A stretch of DNA of 64,000 nt, taken from the human T2T-CHM13v2.0 reference genome, Homo sapiens. The DNA lies in assembly GCF_009914755.1 (NCBI RefSeq), contig NC_060935.1; one strand, written 5' to 3'. This document shows positions 11,541 to 22,735 of this stretch, one piece after another. A program made the translations under genes and the position numbers. A model generated the notes under the pieces. It did not search any database. It saw only the letters and a list, made by a program, of their open reading frames with translations, and was not told the DNA's origin. The first letter of the stretch is position 1, and every line of letters begins with the position of its first letter.

Positions 11541-13224
11541 GGGTAAGAAAACCCACAGAGAATTTAAATATCTTGCCTGAGTTCATACAGCTTGTAAAGG
11601 TAACAGAGCAGAGATTCAATCCTGGGTGGTTTGAATCCAGAGAACACACTCTTTAACTTCTGTGCTGTGTGCTCTAGTAAAGCTATGAAGGAAAGCCTGC
11701 ATGTTCATGCCTGGGGCTCCGACGTCATTCTGCTTGAAGTCATTTACCTTATTTATATTGAGGTAAGAGCTAAATTTGAAAAAATTTCTATGTCATTTAA
11801 ATTTACTGCCAATTAAATTTTAATACTAAACATCTACATGATTATTAGTAAAGTGCATGAGGAAATACTATCATTTCTCCATGTTTCAGTTGAGAAATCT
11901 TTATCATGTTAAATAGTTTTCTGAAAATGATAAAAATTATATATCTAGGAAATAGAGAATCTGTGATTTAACTTTAGGTGTATCTGACTCCAAAGTTCAT
12001 GTACTTACTCAATATTGTCTAAATCTGAGATCTCAGAATTTGATTTGCTCTTAATGTTTTTATTTTACATTTACTTGCCACTTACTGAAAATATTAGAAA
12101 CCATATATATTTTTTAATTGTTGTAACAACCTTTTAAGGTAGTTGTGACTATCCTTCTTTCAGGAGAGTTAGTTGAGATCTAGAAGAGTTCAGTAACTTT
12201 GTTTTTCCAGAGCTAGTAAGTGAATCTTGTAAATAAGTCTCGATTCCCAAAGAAACTTGAATCTGAAGTCTAGATTTTCTACCCTGCTGCAGGGAACTGG
12301 TATCAGTGACACTTCATGATCCATTCAGAGAGACAAGACTGATTTCTCCCCAAAGCTATCTCTTGCATGCCAAATCAGGACTTCCTGCCCTTGAAAACTC
12401 ACCTAATTCTGTGAACTTTGGATTCAAAAGACATTTGACATTTTCTAAAAAACAGAAAAATTCACCCCTAAACTTTAGAAATTTACTCAAAGATTTGAGG
12501 ACCTACATCTAAACCAGGGTTACAAAAACATTTTGAGCATTCGCAGTAAATGTGAAGGTTCAGCGTGTACAAATATTAAGTCATGACACACGCATTAACA
12601 ATTACATTGCTGTCTAAATTTACCTTGTGTAAGTATTTGCATCTCCATGGGACTATTCTATTGAGTAATATGTCACCAGAAAGAACAGAAGGATTTTTCT
12701 TTGTCGTTAAGTGTGGCTTGAATTGATTTTTCTAAATGGCTCCAAAGTGTGTGCTTTCATTCTATAATCCATTCTAAGCGTTTTAAAATAAAAGAACTAT
12801 CAAATTACTTGGCAGAAGGAGGCCTACTGATGCCCAGAAAGGCCAATTTGTATTCAGTTGGTGCCCTGGCAAGCAGGATGATTGATATCATTCAGATTTG
12901 AGACCTGGAGTGATAAAGAGTTACACATGGCCAAGCACTACACTTCAGGGCTCACAGCCCCCTGGTGAGTTATTGTTTCATTTTTGTCCCTGGTTCTTGT
13001 AGACTGAAAACTTCGTTTTCATAAATTAATCAGTGATGGCATTTTGCATTTCTGATTTGTTGCCTTTCTCAAAAGGGCTTTACTTGCAGTTTATAATGCT
13101 GAGTGGCACAGTTTCAAGCTGCCCAAAGAGATATGAAACAAATGGATAATCAAACGGCGTTTTGTTTGTTAGCATGGCAAATACATATAGGATTCTCAAA
13201 AAGCTTCACTGCAAAGATATTTTA

Positions 13225-14490
13225 AAATATTTTTATTAAATGTTAAGTAGATATGAAATAATATTTATAAAACATATATGGATATTCTAGAAAGTAACAA
13301 CAAAATACCCATATACCAGCCACATATTTTAAGGAAAAAAAATCCACAGAAACAAAAACATTTATCTTGAAATTTCCTGTCTGCTCCTCCCATGTTTTGT
13401 CCTATTTTCTCTCCCATCAGAAGTAATCGGTATACTCAGTTTTGTGTTTAAACAACGTATTGTTTACTTTAAATGTTTTTGTATCATGTGTAAATGAAAT
13501 AATACTATGTGGATTTTTAGTGATTTATGTATTTTCCTCTATAGCATATTTGTAATATTTATCCATGTTGATACTTATAGCTATAATTTATTTATTTTCA
13601 TTACTGTGTATGATTCTGTTACATAAACGTGCCACAATTTATTTATGATTTCCAGTCAATGGACATTTGGATTGTTCCTATTTCTCTACAGTTTTGTTGT
13701 GAATAATCTTACTATATATAAACTTCTACATGGATCTCTATATATGAGTTTACCTATCAATGTAGGTAGAGATATTGATAGATTATTAGTTATATTTATA
13801 TATTTGTGTAAAATATATTAATATATTATCGGTTATATATGTGGAATTGTGGAATCATACAGTATTTACATCTTTAACTTTTCTAGATATTGCCAAATTA
13901 TTTTTAAAGTGTGCACTATTTCAAGTTTTCTACACTGTTACTGATGCTTGATATTGTCAGATATTGATATTTTGCACATCTAGAGTATGTAAAAGGGAAT
14001 AATACTGCGGCTTTAATTTGCATTTGCCTGATTACTTATGAAGAGGAGTACACCTTTGCATGTTATTTATTTGAGTTTCCACTTTATTGAAGTGCCTGCT
14101 ATTTAACTATTTTTCTACTAAGTTGTTCATGTTATTCTTATTAGTTTAACATGACAATGACAAAATTCTTTCTATTTTTCACTTATCTGCTTATGTTTTG
14201 TGTGGTATTATATTTGACAGAGGCTTTTTGTCATAAATAAATTTTTCAGTAATTTCTTTATGCTTTGTTCTTTATCATGTATATAAAATATTTCCCATAA
14301 AATTTCTTTGATACTGACTTCTAAAATGGAATACTTTTGCCTTTCAGATTTAATTTTTTATCTGCTTAGAAATGATTTTGTATGTCATATGAAGTATGGG
14401 TCCAATTTCATTTTCTAGTTCATATGCACAATCATTTGACCTAGCATCATTCATTATAAATGCATATTTCTTCCCTTACCTCCAGGGCCA
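13225..14490 (-). mobile_element. Ancient L1ME-like 3' region
   Basis: ATGGACATTTGGATTGTTCC, TTTAATTTGCATTTGCCTGATTACT, GGGTCCAATTTCATTTT. Confidence 0.65.
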
Positions 14491-14496
14491 TCTATG

Positions 14497-15835
14497 CCAT
14501 TCATTCATTCAGCTAATATTTACTGAGTGGCTAATATGTAGCTGGCACCATGAAACAGGCTAGGGATCTGGAGGAAACAAACTAGATTAAAATTTCTACT
14601 CTAATAGATCATTCATTCACTTTAGTTGCGGGAGAAAGATAACACCAAAAAAATACAAACAAAATTTAAATGTCAAATGGGGATCAGAAAACAAAAAGAG
14701 AAGCAGAATATGAAATGTGGGGTTGGGGTGGCATTTTTAAAAACAGTATTATTATGAAAAGCCTTACCAAGAAGGTACCTACCATTAGAGCAAAAATTTG
14801 AAGCAAGTTAATTATTATTATGTTCATTATGTGAATATCTGGGAAAAAAATTCAGCTAGAGGGAAGAGTAACAGCAAAATCGCTGAGTCAGAAATGTGCC
14901 TGAGGTGTTGAGAAGGCTAGCCTATCCGGAGAGGGTGAACAAACAGCAGATAGAAGGTGAGTTCAGAAACAGCAGATAGAAGGTGAGTTCGGGAATATGG
15001 GGCCGAACATATTGGACAGAAGGCATCCAAAGTATGACATAATATGAATTACATTTTCAAAGGATCACTCTATTGATCAATTTGTGTCAATCACGTATGT
15101 TATAATTTAGCAGTAAATAATCACGAAGTCTCTGTGGCCTAAAACCATGAAGGTTATTTTTCCCGATGTTACACATTCATTGCAAGTCAGCTGGGGACTC
15201 TGCTCCACATTCTCTTTCCTTCATAATCCAGTGACAGAGTAGATACCGTTGGGAATGCTACTTGTTCCCATGACAGGCAGAAAATAGAAAGACTGGTCAA
15301 ACCTGTGCCAGCCATTAGAGCTTCCATCCATCTAGAAGTGATCATATCTCTTCCATTCACATTCCGTTGGTCAACATAAATGAATGGCTATGTAGGCTTC
15401 GACGGGGCGGGATGAACAATCCCACCATATGCTGGAGGGAGAACTGAAAGTATTGAGTAGATAGCGTTAATATCTACGCTACTCAGTCTCTCTGGGTGCA
15501 GTGTGGGGAACACAGCATAGGTGGGCGGGGCAGAGGCAGGGAATACAGTGAGTGAAAAAGATGGTGAAAGTCAGTGAGGGAGGTAGCAGAGGACATGGGG
15601 AGAATTGTGTGAATTCTGGAAAAATTCTGTAGGAACCTCAACAGCTGTCTGCCATGGATGTGATGTGAGGCATGAAAGAACAAGAGGAGGCAAGGATGAC
15701 TCTGAGGATTTTGGCCTCAGCAGCTGGATGGTCAGGTGCCACTTACTATGATGGACAATGTTTCAGGACACACAAACCTTTTTGATGTTGTTTTGTTTTT
15801 GCTATTGTGGAGAAATTATAGTTTGAGATTTGGAC
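14497..15835 (-). mobile_element. L2 3' region interrupted by an MLT1 LTR
   Basis: Starts CATTCATTCATTCAGCTAATATTTACTGAG (L2 tail); resumes after 15490 (CAAGGATGACTCTGAGGATTTTGGCCT). Confidence 0.7.
15085..15483 (-). mobile_element. MLT1I/J-like solo LTR
   Basis: CTCTGTGGCCTAAAACCATGAAGGTTATTT; GTCAGCTGGGGACTCTGCTCCACAT; TCACATTCCGTTGGTCAA. Confidence 0.65.
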
Positions 15836-16269
15836 TCTTTCAGTCCTTCTAATGTCTTTGTAAGCACTTCTGTTAAATTTCCTCTTTTTAAACGTCTAGG
15901 GAGGTTTGGTCTTAATGACTGGTCCCTGATTGATACTTAGGACATAAGTATTGGGGAGTGGAGGTGGAATTGTCTTCCCAGGAGCACCCAAAATTCTATG
16001 GCCTCATTTTCGGTCCAACCAATGGAGAGGTGGAGGCCTGAGGACTGTTACGCTCAGAGCACCTGGGTTTCTTAAGCCCTTAAGGCAAGCAAATCTACTG
16101 CTGCGGCTTGATGGCTGCAAATTACAAATCAAGTTTCCATGCATGGCGGATCTGCTATCAGACTTTATTGGTAGTGTTTTATGGCTTATCTTAGTGCAGC
16201 CATATTGTCATAATTACTAATGTTTTATAGGTTGTGATATTTGGAAGAATAACTTTCTGAACCATAACC

Positions 16270-17235
16270 TTTTCCTTCTTTTTCAGAAGTCTTTTGGTTC
16301 TTCCTGGCCTTTTAATTTTTTACTTACATTTTAGGATTGCCTGGAAAGTTAAACAAATAAGCAAACAAGAAAAAATATCTTGGAATTTTTATTGGGATAT
16401 ATGGAATCAATTCGGGAGAATTGTACATTCAAAATTTTGAGATTTACATTTTAACAACATAATAAAGCTGTCCAATTATTTAGGTCTTCTTTGAAGTCTT
16501 TAAAAATTTATGGTGGAACCCTGGTAAACATTTTACACATCTTTTGTTAGGCTTATTCCTAAAATGCTTACATATTTATTGTTAATATAAATTGTATCTT
16601 TTTGGAAAGTATATTTTTCTATCTGCATGTTGCAATTACGAGGAAATGAAATTGCTATTTGTCTTTATTTTACAATTTTTATTATGTTTTATTTGTGTTT
16701 CTTACAAACAACGTGTAGTTAGATTTTGGAAAGTAACATAACTAGTTAATTTACATTCATTGTAATTATTGATATGGTTGAATTTATTTTTTATCTTACT
16801 TTCTGCTTTCTATTTGTCCCATCTTTACTATTTCCTCTTTTTTCTTCTTTTCTTTTGAAGTCTTCTTATTCCTTTTCTTTTCCAATCTACTTATTGGAAA
16901 CTATACAAACTGTTTTTTTAAATTTTAGGAGTTACTCTGATATCTTTAATATACATACTTCACTTACAAAAACCTCCTGTTAATTTGAAGTTTTTCTTTC
17001 TTTTGAATAAAACAGAATACTCCAAAATATTTTAAGTCTTTTCCTCTCCTCCCTAGCTATATAGTCTTTTGTTATATATTTTAGTTTTATTTCTTTTTCT
17101 ACATGCATAACAACACTATCATTGTTTCATGTTATTGTTATACCTATAGACTTATCCAGTTATCAGGTTTTTTGTTCATGATTTCTTTTCACAACTTTGA
17201 CTTTCCATCCGGAATCAAATTACTTTTGCTTGATG
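16270..17235 (-). mobile_element. Ancient L1M relic(s)
   Basis: T-rich degraded antisense ORF2 (TGGAATTTTTATTGGGAT, TTATTTAGGTCTTCTTT). Confidence 0.5.
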
Positions 17236-17240
17236 AAGTC

Positions 17241-17722
17241 TGCGGTAGAATGAAGATGGCTGCAAATTCTTTCATATTCATTCCATGGAGAAGTAAATTT
17301 TATTTTTCTTTTTGAATGTGTGCTGGTCTGTGCATGGCTCTGTTCAGTAGAGTATGGTAGAAGTGACATTCCAGTTCTGAGCAGTTAATAAAACTGGAGG
17401 CTCTGTCATGGTCTCTGAGCACTGGGCTTATGTGAGGACATATTCCGACCCTGCCAGAAAGACCACATGGAAAGAGTCGAGGACCACATGGAGTGAGGTA
17501 TGGTCTCGATGAGCTCAGCTTTCCAGTTCTACCTTCACTCAAAAAAAAAATATCAAGAATGTGAAAGAAGTCATCTGGACCATAAAGATCGAAGACTATT
17601 GCTAACCCACAAACTTCCTATTCCTAACCCACAACAACTATGTGCTATAATCAAATGGTGGTTGTTTCTCAAATCACTATGTTTTGGGATAGTTTATTAT
17701 GAAGCAAGAGTTAAATGAAAAC
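17241..17722 (+). mobile_element. MLT1G/H-like solo LTR
   Basis: TGCGGTAGAATGAAGATGGCTGCAAATTCTTT start; AAATGGTGGTTGTTT..CACTATGTTTTGGGATAGTTTATTATG end. Confidence 0.7.
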
Positions 17723-17724
17723 TA

Positions 17725-18070
17725 AAAATGCAGAATTCATAGAAGTAGAGAGTAAGTGGTTTCTAGGGACTCGAGGGTGGGGAAATGGAGAGATGTTGGT
17801 CAAAGGGTAAAAATATTCAATAATAAGATGAATACGTTCTGGAGATCTAATGTACAGCATAGTGGCTATAGTTAATAATACTGTACTGTTTACTTGAAAC
17901 TTAATAAGAGCAGATTTTAAGTGTCCTCACCACAAAGACAAAAATGCTAACTGGGTGGTGATAGATGTGTTAATTAACTTGATTGTGGTTATCATTATAT
18001 AATGTATATCAAATGATTATATTGTACACCTTAAATATATCGATTTTTATTTGTCAATTAAATATTTTAA
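17725..18070 (+). mobile_element. L1MA-type 3' UTR fragment
   Basis: GAGATGTTGGTCAAAGGGT; TTCTGGAGATCTAATGTACAGCAT; homologous to 10910-11280. Confidence 0.8.
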
Positions 18071-18139
18071 AATATTATGTGACATCCACATCCACTCTTA
18101 CTATTGGGAAATCAGCTCTCAGTCTATTTGAAAGTGATC

Positions 18140-18598
18140 TTTTTGTTTTGCTTTATTTTTATTTTTATTTTATTTTATTTTATTTATTTATTTTATTTTT
18201 TTATGGTCCACAAAATGAAAAATATTTATTATCTGGTGTTTTTTATTTTATTTTATTTTATTTTATTTTTTTAAATTATTATTACTATTATTATTATTAT
18301 TATTTTAATTATACTTTAAGTTTTAGGGTACATGTGCACATTGTGCAGGTTAGTTACATATGTATACATGTGCCATGCTGGTGCGCTGCACCCACTAACT
18401 CGTCATCTAGCATTACGTATATCTCCCAATGCTATCCCTCCCCCCTCCACCCTCCCCACCCCAATCCCCAGAGTGTGATATTCCCCTTCCTGTGTCCATG
18501 TGATCTCATTGTTCAATTCCCACCTATGAGTGAGAATATGCGGTGTTTGGTTTTTTGTTCTTGGCGATAGTTTACTGAGAATGATGGTTTTTTGTTTT
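18140..18598 (-). mobile_element. 5'-truncated young L1 (L1PA2-like, ~280 bp) with 3' transduction
   Basis: L1 3' end 18309-18590 (sense CACAATGTG, GGAATATCAC; GAG rather than Ta ACA); two T-rich tails (18152-18202, 18239-18308) around a unique segment; TSD TTTTTGTTTT at 18140-18149 and 18589-18598. Confidence 0.9.
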
Positions 18599-18699
18599 TT
18601 AACCTCTGGCTGTTTTTTAAAATCTATTCTTTTTTTCTTGGGTTTTCTGAATTTTCACTAGATGCACACTAGCTTTTCTTTTCCTTCTTCCTTTGTTTA

Positions 18700-18925
18700 A
18701 TCTTAGTCATAGTCTGTTTGGGCTGCTGTAAGAAAATACCACAAATGGAGTGAGTTATAAACAAGAAACCTTTTCACAGTTCTGAAGACTGGGAAGTTCA
18801 AAATAAGGTGCCATTGTCTAGTGAATGCCTTCTTCCTAGTTCATAGACAATCATCTTTTTGTTGTGTCCTTAAAGGGTGGAAGAGGCAGAGGTCTCTTCT
18901 GGGCCTCTTTTATGAGGGCAATAAT
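18700..18925 (-). mobile_element. MLT1A/MST-like LTR fragment
   Basis: TAGTCTGTTTGGGCTGCTGTAAGAAAATACCA; CACAGTTCTGAAGACTGGGAAGTTCAA; GGCCTCTTTTATGAGGGCA. Confidence 0.7.
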
Positions 18926-18929
18926 TTAA

Positions 18930-19480
18930 ATTTATTTTTAATACTTTGTATTAAATCTTATTTTGAAATAATTATAGATTTAAAGAAAAGTCGAGAAAGT
19001 ACCAGAGAGTTCTCATATATCCCTTACCCAGCTTCCCCTAATATTAACATTTTACATATTAAGAGAACAATTACTGAAACCAAAAAATTAACATTGATAA
19101 ACGAATATTAACAGAACTACAGTCTTTACTCAAATCTTTGAAACTAGTTTACCTTTAATTTCCCTTTGATGTTTTAGCATCCCATCTAAGATTCCCATTG
19201 CATTTAGTTTTTATGTATTGAAATCTGCGACAGCTTGTCAGTCTTTCCTGGTCTTTCATGACCTGACACTTCTGAGGAGTAATAGTCAGCTATTTTGTAG
19301 AATATTATCAACGTGTAGGTTTTCTCATGATTAGATTCAGTTTTTACATTTTTGGCACAATCTAAAGAAGTAGTGTTGTGATCTTCTCAGTGCTTATCAG
19401 GGGTACATGATATTGATATATCTTATTATTGGTGATAGTAATTTAACATTTGTTTAGGATGATGTCTGCCTACATGGTTC
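18930..19480 (-). mobile_element. L1MC-type 3' end
   Basis: TATTTTGAAATAATTATAGATT; CCCAGCTTCCCCTAATATTAACATTTTACAT; TTTCTCATGATTAGATTCAG. Confidence 0.7.
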
Positions 19481-20037
19481 TTTTTAAATTTGCACCATAA
19501 CTGAATTTTAGTCCTTTAGGCATGTGAAGCATTTGTTTTATATTCTGTCTGTTAATTATAATATTTGTAATATTTGAAGGTACCATTGTACCCTAGGATA
19601 TCATTGCTTGATTTGAGATAACTTGAGCGAAGATGGGACTCTAGTGAAAGCTACATGTCCTCTACTTTATTGAACAGTGGGAAGGTAATGGGATTTTCAG
19701 CCAGATTAATGAGAACACAAATGAACCATTTATTAGCTATGAGTATTGGTAACTTGCTGTGTCTGAACATCGGTTTCACTGTCTGTGAAATGGGAATAAG
19801 CATTATCTGACTTGGAGAAAGTTAAAAGAGATTACAAAATAAAATCTTTCGCTTATATATTTGGAACATACATGTAGATAATATTCACTTGATATAGCCA
19901 ATTGGCAATATAAGGTAATTATCATTAGGAACAGATCTTTAAAGTCACTTATAAAGAAAATAAATATTAAGGGTCCTCACACAGAGTAATGCAGGCAACT
20001 AAGCTGTTATATGAAGGAAAACTTCTGTGAGTGATTA

Positions 20038-20675
20038 AGTGGATGTGGAGAAAAGGCAACTCTTATACACTATTGGTAGGAAAGTAAATTAGTTCAACCT
20101 CTATGGTAACAGTATGGAGATTTCTCAAAGAACGAAAAATAGAACTGCCATTCCACCCAGAAATCCCACCTCTGGATATCTACCCAAAGGAAAAGAAATC
20201 TTTATGTAAAATAGTGCTGCACTTGTATACTTATTACAGTACTGTTCACAATAGCAAAGTCATGAAACCAACCTCATCAACAATTGATTGAATAAATAAA
20301 ATATGGTATATGTACACCATGGAATACTATGCAGCAATAAAAAATAAAATCATGTCCTTTGCAGCACTGATTGAGCTGGAGGCCATTAATCTAGGTGAAA
20401 TATTTCAGAAATGGAACATCAAATACTGTAGGTTTTCACCTATAGGTAAGACCTAAACAATGGGTACACATGGACATAAAGATGGACATAATAAACACTG
20501 GGGACTTCAAAAGTGGGAAGAATAGGAGAGAGGTGAAGATAAAAATATTTCCTCTTAGGTATAATGTTTGCTATTTGGGTGAGTGGTACACTAGAAGCCC
20601 AATCCCATCATTATGCAATATACCCATGTAATAAACCTACACATATGCCTTCTGAATCTATAATAAAATTTTTTA
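20038..20675 (+). mobile_element. L1PB-type 3' end
   Basis: GGATGTGGAGAAAAGG; ATCTACCCAAAGGAAAAGAAATC; GGTACACATGGACATAAAGATGG; TGAATCTATAATAAAA. Confidence 0.8.
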
Positions 20676-21362
20676 AAGTTCCAGCTTATAAAGAAATACT
20701 CAACAGTCCAAGAAGCATATTCAAATTCATTGCTTTATTTGAATTTTACAACAAGATGTGGTAGGTAGATTAGGTATTGCTCCCATGATGCAGATAATAA
20801 TACTGAGTCAGAAAGTTGTTACATAACTTATCTAAGGTCTCTTATCAAGGATAGACAGCATAGAGGATTTGAAAACATATTCCTTGAGTCTTAGGCCAAT
20901 GCTTCTGCACCAAAAATATGACTTCTACCATCCAAAGCCCATTAATTTGCATATCAACATTCTCCCCTTAACACATCTGGATGCCCAGCAACATTCCAGG
21001 GCACTTCAGCATCTCTCTATCCTCTACCAGGCCTATACTCCAAGAAAATTTTTCAATTCCAATTGCTTTTCTTTATAAATCAATATCCTCTTCCAAAGAG
21101 GTATTATTCAATAGCATTCGCTAATACAAGACCAACTATTTCCTGATTAAGTGTTAACATTTTTCATTTTTGTAATAAAATATTACATATATACTTTTAT
21201 AATTTGAATATAATTATTTATGCATATTATTTCTATAAATTATCTCATTGGAAATAAAGACAATGTTTAGTGTTCTCCTAAAAAAGACTTAGATGCTTTT
21301 ATCTAGAAAAAGGGGCAAATGAAGTAGGTGTCTTCCGATAAGTTCAACTTCCAATTGGCACT

Positions 21363-21364
<2 letters not shown>

Positions 21365-21408
<44 letters not shown>

Positions 21409-21697
21409 CAGAGTCTCGCTCCCTCTGTTACTCAGGCTGGAGTGCAGTGGTTCGACCTCGGCTCACTGCAATTTCTGCCTCCTGGTTTCAAGTGATTATC
21501 CTGCCTCAGCCTCCTGAGTAGCTGGGACTACAGGCGCGTGCCACCACATCTGGCTAATATTTTGTATTTTTTTTTTTTTAGTAGAGATGAGGTTTCACCA
21601 TGTTAGCCAGGATGGTCTCAATCTCCTGACCTCATGATCTGCCTGCCTTGGCCTCCCAAAGTGCTGAGATTACAGGAGTGAGCCACTGCGCCCAGCC
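21365..21697 (-). mobile_element. Alu (AluSc-like) with 39-nt pure tail
   Basis: Full dimer; GTTAGCCAGGATGGTCTC plus S-type TTCAAGTGATT; TSD CACTTCTT on both sides. Confidence 0.92.
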
Positions 21698-21939
21698 GAC
21701 ACTTCTTAAATCTGAATACATGTTCTACCTTAATATGTGTTTTAGCTCCAGAGTGCCTTAGAAGGACTATGCAGGAGTGAAGATCTCCTGTATCAGTAAA
21801 GTTAGAGGAACACTCCTTGAACACTAAAGAAAATTTCTTAACTCTTCTATTTAAAATGCTATGATATCATTTTACTCAGTAGAACACAGTTAACACAACG
21901 ATAATCACAGCTTTCATTCAACACATTACATATATTTAC

Positions 21940-22150
21940 ATATACATGCATTTGTTATTCTCTCAAGTATCTTACATATAACTTATTTACACCACACAAA
22001 AACTCTATAAGACGTATACATTTATAACCTCATTTTATGGTTGGAGAAATGGAAGTGCAGGGAAGCAACAAAAATTCCCTGAAGTTGCATAGCTTATAAG
22101 CAGCCTGGATTTGAACCTAGCCAGTTTGGTTATGACGCTCTATACTATTG
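21940..22150 (-). mobile_element. MIR
   Basis: CCTCATTTTATGGTTGGAGAAATGGAAGTGCAGGG; CCTGGATTTGAACCTAG. Confidence 0.6.
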
Positions 22151-22389
22151 AGCAGAGCCAAAAACAAAGACAAAAACAAACAAACAAAAAAACCCAACAC
22201 TGAAAGTAGTTTTCAAGCTGAAAACTCCATCCCCTACAGATCAACTCCATTCTCCTAATGACAAGGAGACATCACTGAGGTCTGCATGGTTTACTTCTCA
22301 GAAAGTTGTGCTGCAAAAAGGTCACTTTAATAGGACAATCCAGTTTCCTTGTATTTTATTTTTTTACATTGAAAATTCTAGTTTATCAT

Positions 22390-22735
22390 CTATGTTTTAA
22401 AACTTTAAATCTGGAATATTTATAGATTCACAGAAGGATATAAAAATAATGTACAGGGAGTTCCTATGCACTTGTCAGTCAATGTCCTCCAGTGGCAGCA
22501 TTTTGTATAACTATACTACAATATCAAACCAGAAAATTAACATTGGTGTAATCCATTGCCTTTATTCAGATTTTACAAGTTTTATATGCACTCATTTATT
22601 TATGTGTGTGTGTGTGTGTGTGTCTATATTCTATGCATTTTCATCAGAGATGTAGATTCATGTAACCATCACAATCACAATCGGGACATAAAACTGTTCC
22701 ATCACCACAAGCCTCTCTCATTTGACCCCTTTAAA
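22390..22735 (-). mobile_element. L1MC/MD-type 3' end containing (TG)n at ~22604-22623
   Basis: TATAGATTCACAGAAG; TACAATATCAAACCAGAAAATTAACATTGGT; AACTGTTCCATCACCACAAG. Confidence 0.65.

Larger units (their letters stand above)
10735..11670 (-). mobile_element. MIR split by an L1MA 3' end and a hAT MITE
   Basis: MIR pieces at ~10735-10790 (CTGTGCCAGGCACTGTTC), ~11355-11390 (CCTCAACAACCCTGTAAG), ~11540-11670 (CTTGCCTGAGTTCATACAGC..GATTCAATCC). Confidence 0.6.

Noticed and set aside
17983-18570. 195-aa hydrophobic ORF
   Set aside because: Translation of T-rich tails and antisense L1 3'UTR.
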